From sequence record NC_020851.1: a stretch of DNA of 64,000 nucleotides; one strand, written 5' to 3'. The notes beneath the pieces are model-generated. The model made no database searches and was not told where the DNA came from. It saw only the letters and a program-made list of their open reading frames with translations. A program made the translations under genes and the position numbers. Shown in pieces: positions 23,587 through 30,749 of this stretch (position 1 is its first letter; every line of letters starts with the position of its first letter).

Positions 23587-23802
23587 TCAGTTACCGAAGA
23601 ACTCATCGTGACAATCTGCCACGAAATCTATCAGTTCGTCGGTGCAATTAAGACCGAAACGATCGCATACGAAATCGACACACATTTCAAGTGGAGGCAT
23701 CATCTCCAGCATGTAGTTTGCGAGGTCTGATGCAATCTCTTCCTTGAGACGGTTCATATCATTTTGCATGGCATAGGTGCAGGGGTCGGTGTAGGTTTGC
23801 AT
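23587..23802 (-). CDS. small acidic early protein, paralog family member 1 (real start 23802)
   Basis: MQTYTDP...LANYMLEMMPPLEMCVDFVCDRFG; start follows cassette B leader. Confidence 0.65.
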   Translation of the reverse strand: MQTYTDPCTYAMQNDMNRLKEEIASDLANYMLEMMPPLEMCVDFVCDRFGLNCTDELIDFVADCHDEFFGN

Positions 23803-23913
23803 TTGGTGAATTCCTGATGACTTAACTACAATACACGATTTTGAGGTCTGTGCCGAAACCTTGTGCCACTTTGTCCGACTGTCCACTCGCGGCTGACCTG
23901 AGTATCATTTAGT
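23803..23913 (-). promoter_or_regulatory. early promoter cassette B
   Basis: -10 TATTGT 23828-33; dyad 23865-83; near-identical to C/D/E. Confidence 0.75.
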
Positions 23914-23936
23914 GGGGAGATTGCCTCCCCTAAGTG

Positions 23937-24110
23937 TTAATTAACGACTGTGAGTTCTACATTCTTTGCCATCCAAATCTGTTCGATGATATCATCAAGA
24001 GTGGCAATCTGTTCATCGAAAGTATTATCTTTCGTAATAGAACTACACCTGATAAGTTCACCTCTACGGTCTACAAGTGCCATTCTTAAGTTAGTGCCAG
24101 AAATGTTCAT
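23937..24110 (-). CDS. small early protein (57 aa)
   Basis: manual translation MNISGTNLRMALVDRRGELIRCSSITKD... Confidence 0.55.
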   Translation of the reverse strand: MNISGTNLRMALVDRRGELIRCSSITKDNTFDEQIATLDDIIEQIWMAKNVELTVVN

Positions 24111-24146
24111 TAAGTGTTAGTTAGTGAGTGAATGAGTAGGTGTTAC

Positions 24147-24425
24147 TTACATAATGTGCTCTAGAGCAACTTTACCATAAACTTCGTAGAAACAATCCCA
24201 TGCCCAAATATCATGCACGAAAGAATTGCAACCTTCTACCTGTTCAACAATCCAATCGTATGCCATATCTAAATCAGCATCCATTTCACCCACAAAATCA
24301 TACAAACCTTCCATTGCTGATTTGAAATTAGGGTCTTCCATTAGTGATAATGCTGTCTTGCCAGTCTCATTATCACGAATAATCATTTGACCTTCGATGT
24401 TGTATGCTTTGGAGAATTGAGGCAT
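24147..24425 (-). CDS. small acidic early protein, paralog family member 2
   Basis: EGLYDFVGEMDADLDMAYDWIVEQ. Confidence 0.7.
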   Translation of the reverse strand: MPQFSKAYNIEGQMIIRDNETGKTALSLMEDPNFKSAMEGLYDFVGEMDADLDMAYDWIVEQVEGCNSFVHDIWAWDCFYEVYGKVALEHIM

Positions 24426-24471
24426 TTTGTTAGTTAAAGAATGAATGAGTAAGTGTTAAACAGTGAGTAAA

Positions 24472-24640
24472 TCAGTCTCCCAATTCGATTACTGTATGCC
24501 CGAGGTAATCTTCAACCCAGACAGTGGAATTAGACTCACTATACATCGAATAAGCAACATCGATGGCATGATCCTGAGAGGAGCAATTCTCAGTTTCGTT
24601 AAGTGCTGGACAGTGAACAGTGTAAAGCAAAATTGAACTC
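24472..24640 (-). CDS. small early protein, start uncertain
   Basis: LLYTVHCPALNETENCSSQDHAIDVAYSM... behind cassette C. Confidence 0.45.
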
Positions 24641-24657
24641 GTTTCTTTGACCCTTCT

Positions 24658-24767
24658 ACAATACACGATTTTGAGGTCTGTGCCGTGACCTTGTGACACT
24701 TTGTCCGACTGTCTACTCGCGGCTGACCTGAGTATCATTTAGTGATACTACAGTGAGTGTTACTTAG
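24658..24767 (-). promoter_or_regulatory. early promoter cassette C
   Basis: -10 TATTGT 24658-63; dyad 24695-713; stem-loop as in A. Confidence 0.75.
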
Positions 24768-25032
24768 TGAGAACTAATTCTTTGATCTCCAACTCATGCT
24801 CTACGCCAAACCTATCATTCAACTCATCATAAGTAGTTTTTTTGTATTCCCACTTCTTTGCAAGTTCTAAAAGACGAGGCATTTCCTTAACCTTCATCTC
24901 TTCAAGGTAATCCTCCGCTTCATTTAACGTAAGGAAAGTCTTAGTATGGTCTGAATCCAACATAGGAATTTCAAAGCTTTCATAATCATCGCATTCATAC
25001 TGGATTTCGAAAACTAGATAAACTGAAGTCAT
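24760..25032 (-). CDS. small acidic early protein
   Basis: 90-aa ORF behind cassette D. Confidence 0.7.
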   Translation of the reverse strand: MTSVYLVFEIQYECDDYESFEIPMLDSDHTKTFLTLNEAEDYLEEMKVKEMPRLLELAKKWEYKKTTYDELNDRFGVEHELEIKELVLTK

Positions 25033-25066
25033 TGTTGTTCCTTTGGTAAATTCCTTTGACTCTTTA

Positions 25067-25150
25067 ATAATACACTATTTTGAGGTCTGTGCCGTGACCT
25101 TGTGCCACTTTGTCCAACTGTCTACTCGCGGCTGACCTGAGTGTTACTTA
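25067..25150 (-). promoter_or_regulatory. early promoter cassette D
   Basis: -10 TATTAT 25067-72; dyad 25104-22; equals C minus the stem-loop segment. Confidence 0.75.
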
Positions 25151-25297
25151 GTAGTCTAATTTGCCGTTAATGTAACTTTCTACATCAAACTTCTTATCAT
25201 CTTCTCCCTCTTCCTTATATTCAATCACATCATAAATCTCACCGGGCATATCATTAATCTCAGAGAAAATGTCAGTGTCGAAAGTGTCGTAATCCAT
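25148..25297 (-). CDS. small acidic early protein (49 aa)
   Basis: manual translation MDYDTFDTDIFSEINDMPGEIYDVIEYKEEGEDD. Confidence 0.6.
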   Translation of the reverse strand: MDYDTFDTDIFSEINDMPGEIYDVIEYKEEGEDDKKFDVESYINGKLDY

Positions 25298-25338
25298 TTT
25301 AAAAAAGTGTTAGTTAGTGAGAGTTGAGTAAGTGTTAC

Positions 25339-25536
25339 TTATGAATTCATATCAGTCCAAGTTTCTTCACCATAGCAATCGATAATCTCCCCTTTCAACT
25401 CATCCATATTGTAATCTTTGAGATTCTGTTCAATACTTTCAACCGCAAAAGTAATCAACGAATCCATATCCATTCCTTCTACAATCATCTCTGCATAAGC
25501 ATTCTTCAGTTGATCGATTTGATTGAGAGTCATCAT
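25339..25536 (-). CDS. small acidic early protein
   Basis: 65-aa ORF between repeated junctions. Confidence 0.7.
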   Translation of the reverse strand: MMTLNQIDQLKNAYAEMIVEGMDMDSLITFAVESIEQNLKDYNMDELKGEIIDCYGEETWTDMNS

Positions 25537-25578
25537 TTGAAAAAAAGTGTTAGTTAGTGTGAGTTGAGTAAGTGTTAC

Positions 25579-25728
25579 TTAAGCAAGAAGATTATCAATC
25601 ACACGTTCAACATCTGCCGAAACTTCAATGCCTTGAGATTCACAATAATCAAGACACATTTGAAGGTCAGGTTGCATCTCCTCTACGAAATCATAGAGGG
25701 TTTCAAATACAGTTTGAGAACAAGTCAT
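25579..25728 (-). CDS. small acidic early protein, paralog family member 3 (49 aa)
   Basis: manual translation MTCSQTVFETLYDFVEEMQPDLQMCLDYCESQGIEV. Confidence 0.6.
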   Translation of the reverse strand: MTCSQTVFETLYDFVEEMQPDLQMCLDYCESQGIEVSADVERVIDNLLA

Positions 25729-25762
25729 AATGTTAGTTAGTGAGTGAATGAGTAAGGGTTAC

Positions 25763-26002
25763 TTAGTCTATAAGTTCTTTCATCATTTCGTTTACTTCTA
25801 TTCCGTTGATATTAACATCGTCCCACTTACAACTGTCTGGTGTTTCTTTACTTCCGGCATCGTGAATCATACTTACCAGATGTCCATAAGTTCCACCATC
25901 CCTTGCAACATCACATGCCAGTTCATACAAACCAGGATCATTTCCGATCCAGAGAGCAACATTCCAGGTCTCCCAATTTGTCCAACCGTTGTAACCTTGC
26001 AT
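25763..26002 (-). CDS. conserved phage early protein
   Basis: MQGYNGWTNWETWNVALWIGND, a motif common in phage early genes. Confidence 0.75.
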   Translation of the reverse strand: MQGYNGWTNWETWNVALWIGNDPGLYELACDVARDGGTYGHLVSMIHDAGSKETPDSCKWDDVNINGIEVNEMMKELID

Positions 26003-26082
26003 TTGGTGAATTCCTGATGACTTAACTACAATACACGATTTTGAGGTCTGTGCTCATTTATTGTGCCACTAATACTTTTGGC
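26003..26082 (-). promoter_or_regulatory. early promoter cassette E
   Basis: -10 TATTGT 26028-33; dyad 26065-82; leader identical to B. Confidence 0.75.
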
Positions 26083-26094
26083 ACATAGTATCAC

Positions 26095-26313
26095 TTACAC
26101 AGTACGAATCGTGATACTACACATTAACTCATGAGCAACATCGATAGAGTCATCTTCTCTCACAATTGGAAGATTAGTATCAACAAACTCCGAAGCAAGA
26201 TCCATCATTAACTCATGCATTCTTTCATCTCCTGCTGCAAACTCAGCAAACTCTTCAGAGAATCCGGATGCTAACCTACGAATTGCTTCGTCATGTACAT
26301 TGAGAACGGTCAT
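26095..26313 (-). CDS. small acidic early protein
   Basis: 72-aa ORF. Confidence 0.7.
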   Translation of the reverse strand: MTVLNVHDEAIRRLASGFSEEFAEFAAGDERMHELMMDLASEFVDTNLPIVREDDSIDVAHELMCSITIRTV

Positions 26314-26353
26314 TTTGAAAAAAAGTGTTAGTTAGTGAACGAATGAATGAATG

Positions 26354-26518
26354 TTACTTAGCAGGGAAATTCTTACACACAGCATCACATAAAATCTTCA
26401 CAAGTTCTTCATCATAATTGACATCATACTGTGCAAAGTAATCAGTGATGATACAATCAATGTCTTCCATCAATTGTTCACGACTAGTTAACATGTCAAG
26501 TGTGTCGTTGTTAATCAT
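26354..26518 (-). CDS. small acidic early protein (54 aa)
   Basis: manual translation MINNDTLDMLTSREQLMEDIDCIITDYF. Confidence 0.6.
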   Translation of the reverse strand: MINNDTLDMLTSREQLMEDIDCIITDYFAQYDVNYDEELVKILCDAVCKNFPAK

Positions 26519-26525
26519 TTTTAGG

Positions 26526-26605
26526 GTGAATTCCTGATGACTTAACTACAATACATGATTTTAGGGTCATGTGCTCATATAGTGTGCCACTTCCCCGACT
26601 GTCAC
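26526..26605 (-). promoter_or_regulatory. early promoter cassette F
   Basis: -10 TATTGT 26548-53; dyad 26586-603. Confidence 0.75.
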
Positions 26606-26680
26606 ACTCATAAGGTCTCTCTATGGGTCTTATAAGGTCTTCTAATGCCCTCTCGTGACAGTCGGGGAAGTGGCACACTA
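26580..26680. repeat. perfect 26-bp inverted repeat, 49-bp spacer
   Basis: TAGTGTGCCACTTCCCCGACTGTCAC (26580-605) and its reverse complement (26655-680). Confidence 0.95.
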
Positions 26681-26712
26681 ATACACGTCTACGGTCTCTC
26701 TGATGCTAATAT
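26657..26712 (+). promoter_or_regulatory. rightward copy of the early promoter
   Basis: dyad 26657-74 then 32 bp then TGc-TAATAT 26707-12, same spacing as cassette F. Confidence 0.5.
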
Positions 26713-26830
26713 CAACATTCTCGTCACCTTCCAGTCCTAAGATATCATTCCAATCAATATCTTTAAGATTTAAATCATCATAACACTCGATGTCTAATGT
26801 AACACTTATGATGCGTTTGTGTGCGTACAT
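26678..26830 (-). CDS. small acidic protein (50 aa)
   Basis: manual translation MYAHKRIISVTLDIECYDDLNLKDIDWNDILGLEGDENVDISIRETVDVY. Confidence 0.6.
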   Translation of the reverse strand: MYAHKRIISVTLDIECYDDLNLKDIDWNDILGLEGDENVDISIRETVDVY

Positions 26831-26906
26831 GTGTATCTCGTATGATGTGTGTTATAATGTGTTATGTGTACACATATCTCGTAATGTATACATGTATCTC
26901 GTAACG

Positions 26907-27110
26907 TTATGCGTAATGTTTATACGCAAGCTCTACGTAATCACATGTATCTCGTGCGTACTCATCATCTATCTCGTATGTATCCTGGGTGTTATGTGTA
27001 TCTCGTAGTGTATATGTATCTCGTGCATAATGCTCACACATCTCGTCTTTATAATACGTATAAGACTCGTTGTTATAATGATACTGTAACTCGTGGTCTT
27101 CGTAATACAT
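26907..27110 (-). CDS. Tyr/Asp-rich small protein overlapping the TCTCG array
   Basis: 67-aa ORF ending EYARDTCDYVELAYKHYA, resembling small ORFs I recall from other cyanomyoviruses. Confidence 0.5.
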   Translation of the reverse strand: MYYEDHELQYHYNNESYTYYKDEMCEHYARDTYTLRDTHNTQDTYEIDDEYARDTCDYVELAYKHYA

Positions 27111-27200
27111 GGGTCTCGTCGAGATTTGTATGTTACTTGTATATTATACAGACATCTCGCACGTATGTCAAGTATGATCTCGTGCGGCATTCATAAGCAT

Positions 27201-27208
27201 TATTTATA
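27201..27208 (-). promoter_or_regulatory. possible T4 late promoter TATAAATA
   Basis: exact match; a second at 27487-94; both in AT-rich context. Confidence 0.4.
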
Positions 27209-27257
27209 AGTCTCGACGAGAAAAATGTGTGGGTCTCAGAGTTTTTATGCGGGGTGC

Positions 27258-27286
27258 TTGACAAAACTGCCGTCTTGTGGTAGAGT
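27258..27286 (+). promoter_or_regulatory. rightward sigma70 promoter with no downstream ORF
   Basis: TTGACA-17-TAGAGT with extended -10 TG. Confidence 0.7.
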
Positions 27287-27308
27287 GCGGGTAAAGGTCA
27301 CAAGTCTC

Positions 27309-27412
27309 AGAAGGTTTATAAGAGTATTAGAGAAGGTTTATAAGAGTATTAGAGAAGGTTTATAAGAGTATTAGAGAAGGTTTATAAGAGTATTAGAGAA
27401 GGTTTATAAGAG
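27309..27412 (+). repeat. 22-bp tandem repeat x4.7 (iteron-like)
   Basis: AGAAGGTTTATAAGAGTATTAG at 27309, 27331, 27353, 27375 plus 16-bp partial at 27397. Confidence 0.95.
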
Positions 27413-27413
27413 G

Positions 27414-27464
27414 TTTTCCACACATAAAAGACACTTATCCACAGAAATAACCCACTTATCCACA
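27414..27464 (+). promoter_or_regulatory. three DnaA-box consensus sites at 21-bp spacing
   Basis: TTTTCCACA 27414-22, TTATCCACA 27435-43, TTATCCACA 27456-64. Confidence 0.75.
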
Positions 27465-27570
27465 GACTTGTTGGAAAACAGTTTTATATTTATAATCATA
27501 TTTAAAACCTATTTTTTAACTCATAATGTAACAATCGATACAAAATACATAGTTTAGTCATGTAATCAAT

Positions 27571-27600
27571 AGTATAAGGCATCTAGGAACACTTATGGGT
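27571..27600 (-). promoter_or_regulatory. leftward promoter facing the DnaA boxes
   Basis: TAGATGCCTTATACT, shared with promoters at ~28500 and ~28760. Confidence 0.45.
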
Positions 27601-27791
27601 TAGTTGACATGAATAGTTAGAGTTTTACCATCTGATGACAAACCTATGGAGCAGTGAGTGAGTTCCGGTCTAATCTCTCTATGACTAACAGTAGCACCCT
27701 TGTGATAATGGGACGAATGATCAACAACTAACTCTTCAACACTTGATAGTATTGTTGCATAGATTTCATTTGAATCAATTATGTACTTCAT
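27600..27791 (-). CDS. hypothetical protein
   Basis: 63-aa ORF overlapping upstream stop (ATGA). Confidence 0.6.
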   Translation of the reverse strand: MKYIIDSNEIYATILSSVEELVVDHSSHYHKGATVSHREIRPELTHCSIGLSSDGKTLTIHVN

Positions 27792-28510
27792 TTTTTATCA
27801 CCAAATAGTTTGTTCATATAATCAAGCACATCATCATTAACAGTATCATTAATAGATGCATCTACTACATCATCAATAGCATTACCTGTCAATACACTCT
27901 TAGTTGCAGAAGCAGTAATTAGAAATGCCTTAAGTTTATCCTTCGTCTTATCTTCTTTCTTCTTTCTTTTTATGGCAACGATTTCATCAATACGACTTTG
28001 AATCTTTTCATTCAGAGTAGAATTAAATCCTACCTTTGACATATCATGCAATCTGAGGAATTCCTCAGATAAAGTTTCTCTCAGAAAGATTGGTGAATTG
28101 ATATAACAATCAATCAGATCATCAGGAAGATGAACATTCAAATATAATTTTGGATGACATGTGTTTTCATCATTCATATATAAAAACCCAGAACGATGAG
28201 TATCATAAATGGCACGAAGGATTTCTTCATCATCAGATGTTTTTGCCCATTCACCAATTATTGTTCTATCTTCTTTCCAAACATAAAGCAAACAAATAGG
28301 TCCTCGCCTCTTAGAATACTGTGCTTTCCATTCAGGAAGAGAATGTTCTTTATAAATTTCTGACGTAATTGTTGCTTCTTTAATAACATACAGAATTAAT
28401 TCTTTTTCTGTTGCAAATAATGGGTCTGGGTCTGGAACTGAATTAGATTCGGTCTGATGAGAAAAGAAGTTAAACATGTGTTTGTTTTGTATGTGATTAT
28501 TATAGGGCAT
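27788..28510 (-). CDS. hypothetical protein (240 aa)
   Basis: long ORF behind TATAAT promoter at ~28499. Confidence 0.7.
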   Translation of the reverse strand: MPYNNHIQNKHMFNFFSHQTESNSVPDPDPLFATEKELILYVIKEATITSEIYKEHSLPEWKAQYSKRRGPICLLYVWKEDRTIIGEWAKTSDDEEILRAIYDTHRSGFLYMNDENTCHPKLYLNVHLPDDLIDCYINSPIFLRETLSEEFLRLHDMSKVGFNSTLNEKIQSRIDEIVAIKRKKKEDKTKDKLKAFLITASATKSVLTGNAIDDVVDASINDTVNDDVLDYMNKLFGDKK

Positions 28511-28541
28511 CTATGTGCCCTATGGTGGTTCAGTGGTCAGC

Positions 28542-28732
28542 TTATGAATTGGCAAGCATATGATATTGCAGAATGGTAAGAAATGTTATAAGAGGAAGAA
28601 ACATAATAATTCCTTGTAAGACCTGATTTTTAATCATTTCCATTACAAAAAAATCCATCCAACAACAAGACCGGTAAAAAACAGGACAACTGCCACATGA
28701 CCAATTGCCTGTAAAAGAATTCCAAAATCCAT
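28542..28732 (-). CDS. small two-TM membrane protein (frame break ~28650), paralog of 34045-34242
   Basis: MDFGILLQAIG...MIKNQVLQGIIMFLPLITF. Confidence 0.55.
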
Positions 28733-28757
28733 AATTGAGGTTGTTTGGTATGTAATG

Positions 28758-28813
28758 AGTATAAGGCATCTATGTGCCCTGTGGAACGTTAGGTGGACAG
28801 TTTAGGGATTGTC
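28758..28813 (-). promoter_or_regulatory. early promoter with dyad
   Basis: -10 TATACT 28758-63; dyad 28796-813. Confidence 0.65.
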
Positions 28814-28938
28814 TAATTTTGATTTCGTATCAGTTGACTATCATTTTTTTTACAATACCATTAAGAAAAAATCCAACGATAAAAAAGAATATGACCGAAA
28901 TTGGATCCATGATTGTTTGTTTGAACTGAAGTCATCAT

Positions 28939-28989
28939 ACAATAAAAACCACCCCTGTGAAAAGGTGGTGTGACAGTTCTTAATCTGTC
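28939..28989 (-). promoter_or_regulatory. early promoter with dyad
   Basis: -10 TATTGT; dyad GACAGTTCTTAATCTGTC 28972-89. Confidence 0.55.
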
Positions 28990-29228
28990 TCATAGATACT
29001 CTTTCGACTCTTTACATAAGTAAGATCCTTCCATTGATGCGGATAGCACAATAACAAAGTATGAATGAACTTATGTTTCTCCTCACGGGTATACTCACAG
29101 TTTGGTTTTGGTTTTACTCCTGTCTCAATCGTAATGTACAAACTATCAACAAAATAAACCCATCCTTCATGTATACTACCATTCTTATTCCATCTTACAT
29201 AATCATTCACCTTTGGTTGATAAGTCAT
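28980..29228 (-). CDS. conserved cyanophage hypothetical protein
   Basis: 82-aa ORF YQPKVNDYVRW...EGWVYF. Confidence 0.7.
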   Translation of the reverse strand: MTYQPKVNDYVRWNKNGSIHEGWVYFVDSLYITIETGVKPKPNCEYTREEKHKFIHTLLLCYPHQWKDLTYVKSRKSIYETD

Positions 29229-29503
29229 GAGAACAATAGTGCCTCTAATGGATTTAGGTTCTTTTGCATCGAACTATAAGGTGTCGTATCCTTAATAGAA
29301 ACTTCCTTACCTACCTTCTTTGAATTAATCGGAGCATAATACTTTCCCTTCTTTGATGAATAAAATCCCCATATTGACTTAGGTGGTGTATTCCTATAAG
29401 AGAACAATCCATGATTAATGATCCATATGGCATCATACCTTGCATTAAATGATTCAAATGAATAAGAAAAACCTTCGGGTGGTAGATGTGGGAAATCAAT
29501 CAT
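29225..29503 (-). CDS. conserved cyanophage hypothetical protein
   Basis: 92-aa ORF FPHLPPEGFSY...SIWGFY. Confidence 0.7.
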   Translation of the reverse strand: MIDFPHLPPEGFSYSFESFNARYDAIWIINHGLFSYRNTPPKSIWGFYSSKKGKYYAPINSKKVGKEVSIKDTTPYSSMQKNLNPLEALLFS

Positions 29504-29656
29504 GATACTTTGGTGATTTTAATTCTTTTGGGGTTAATACCATCATCTAATAAACTATTATAAATTTGCTCACATTCTTCCTTAGTAAGTGATGTTCTTA
29601 CTTCGTGCCATCCTGATGTTGATTCCTCTTCAATTTTGTATAACGGAGTTTCCATA

Positions 29657-29881
29657 CTATTCAGTAACCATTGCACTAATTATACCACATTCATAATCAT
29701 CCGACAACTTTAACTTGGATGCATTTGTAATCTCATTCATCAGTGCATCAGTATCACTCTCCTGAAACTTAATCTCAGGGTCTGCAATCACAAGAGAAAA
29801 TGCTCTCATATCATTCTCTGCAATTAATACAATTAACCCGGATAAAGACCAATGATCAATCAAATACACATACTTACTCAT
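29657..29881 (-). CDS. hypothetical protein
   Basis: 74-aa ORF in tightly packed operon. Confidence 0.6.
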   Translation of the reverse strand: MSKYVYLIDHWSLSGLIVLIAENDMRAFSLVIADPEIKFQESDTDALMNEITNASKLKLSDDYECGIISAMVTE

Positions 29882-30025
29882 AAGAACTCCTTCATAAGAT
29901 AATCAACCGTAACTTCCATCTTGGCAGCAGTATTCTCTAAAAATTCATCTAATACTTCAGGAGCATCTTCCTTAACTACATGATACCATGAATACCATAA
30001 CTCTGGATTCGTCTGTGGTGTGACT

Positions 30026-30241
30026 TTAGAAAGATTGGTCAACATAAGATTCATAATTGAGTTCGACGTTTGTTGTGTCTAATGTAGCATAATAATCATA
30101 CAACCGATCATACAAGGTGTCAATACTACCTGATGATCGATTGATCTGTATCTCATCAATACTCTCCACTAATTCAAGTGCCTTGAGTATAATATCCAAT
30201 TCATGTACATTCAGTTCGATGTTAACTTCTGTCTTTTTCAT
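30026..30241 (-). CDS. hypothetical protein
   Basis: 71-aa ORF. Confidence 0.6.
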   Translation of the reverse strand: MKKTEVNIELNVHELDIILKALELVESIDEIQINRSSGSIDTLYDRLYDYYATLDTTNVELNYESYVDQSF

Positions 30242-30388
30242 TCATTATCTCCTTTAATTGCCATATGGTTTCTTTCATTGTAGCCCGTGCATAACCAGTC
30301 GCATAAGGATAACCTTTGTTTTTATCCTTACCAACATCATAACATACTTGAATTGCATCTTCAAGTCTTTCAATCATATGAGATACAT

Positions 30389-30679
30389 TCATGAGTTTTC
30401 CTCCTGTTGTTCTTTCTTAAGTTTCTTGGCAAGTTTTGCAACCTTTCCCCATTCTTCAAAGTAAACAGCATCTGATAATTGTAAAAAGAGAGGGATTGGT
30501 TCTTTTGGTCCTCTCATTCCTTTCCACATTAGATCTCTAAATTCACCCATACCTCCTTCATCCTGTTGATCTAACCATCTAAGACATTCTTCCATTTGAT
30601 CTCCACGACCTTTGTCATATGCAGATCGTAGGTCATGAACGTCATATGAAGATCTGATGTTTTCAAAATTACACACCAT
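30389..30679 (-). CDS. hypothetical protein
   Basis: 96-aa ORF. Confidence 0.55.
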   Translation of the reverse strand: MVCNFENIRSSYDVHDLRSAYDKGRGDQMEECLRWLDQQDEGGMGEFRDLMWKGMRGPKEPIPLFLQLSDAVYFEEWGKVAKLAKKLKKEQQEENS

Positions 30680-30749
30680 CCCATTTGATCCTGAGTTGAA
30701 TATATTGGGGTCTAGGCAATCTACAATTTTTTGGGGTTTCGTCTAGTCA

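Larger units (their letters stand above)
26651..27221 (+). repeat. array of 14 co-oriented TCTCG (mostly ATCTCGT) motifs incl. two TCTCG(A/T)CGAGA quasi-palindromes
   Basis: TCTCG at 26651, 26719, 26836, 26877, 26897, 26950, 26972, 27001, 27019, 27041, 27114, 27155, 27178, 27211. Confidence 0.85.

Noticed and set aside
23366-26353. Integron attC sites or mini-CRISPR for the repeated junctions
   Set aside because: No RYYYAAC...GTTRRRY palindromic structure on the coding strand, no integrase in the window, and the intervening DNA is genes of variable length
27309-27412. CRISPR array
   Set aside because: Head-to-tail repeats with no spacers, and no cas genes
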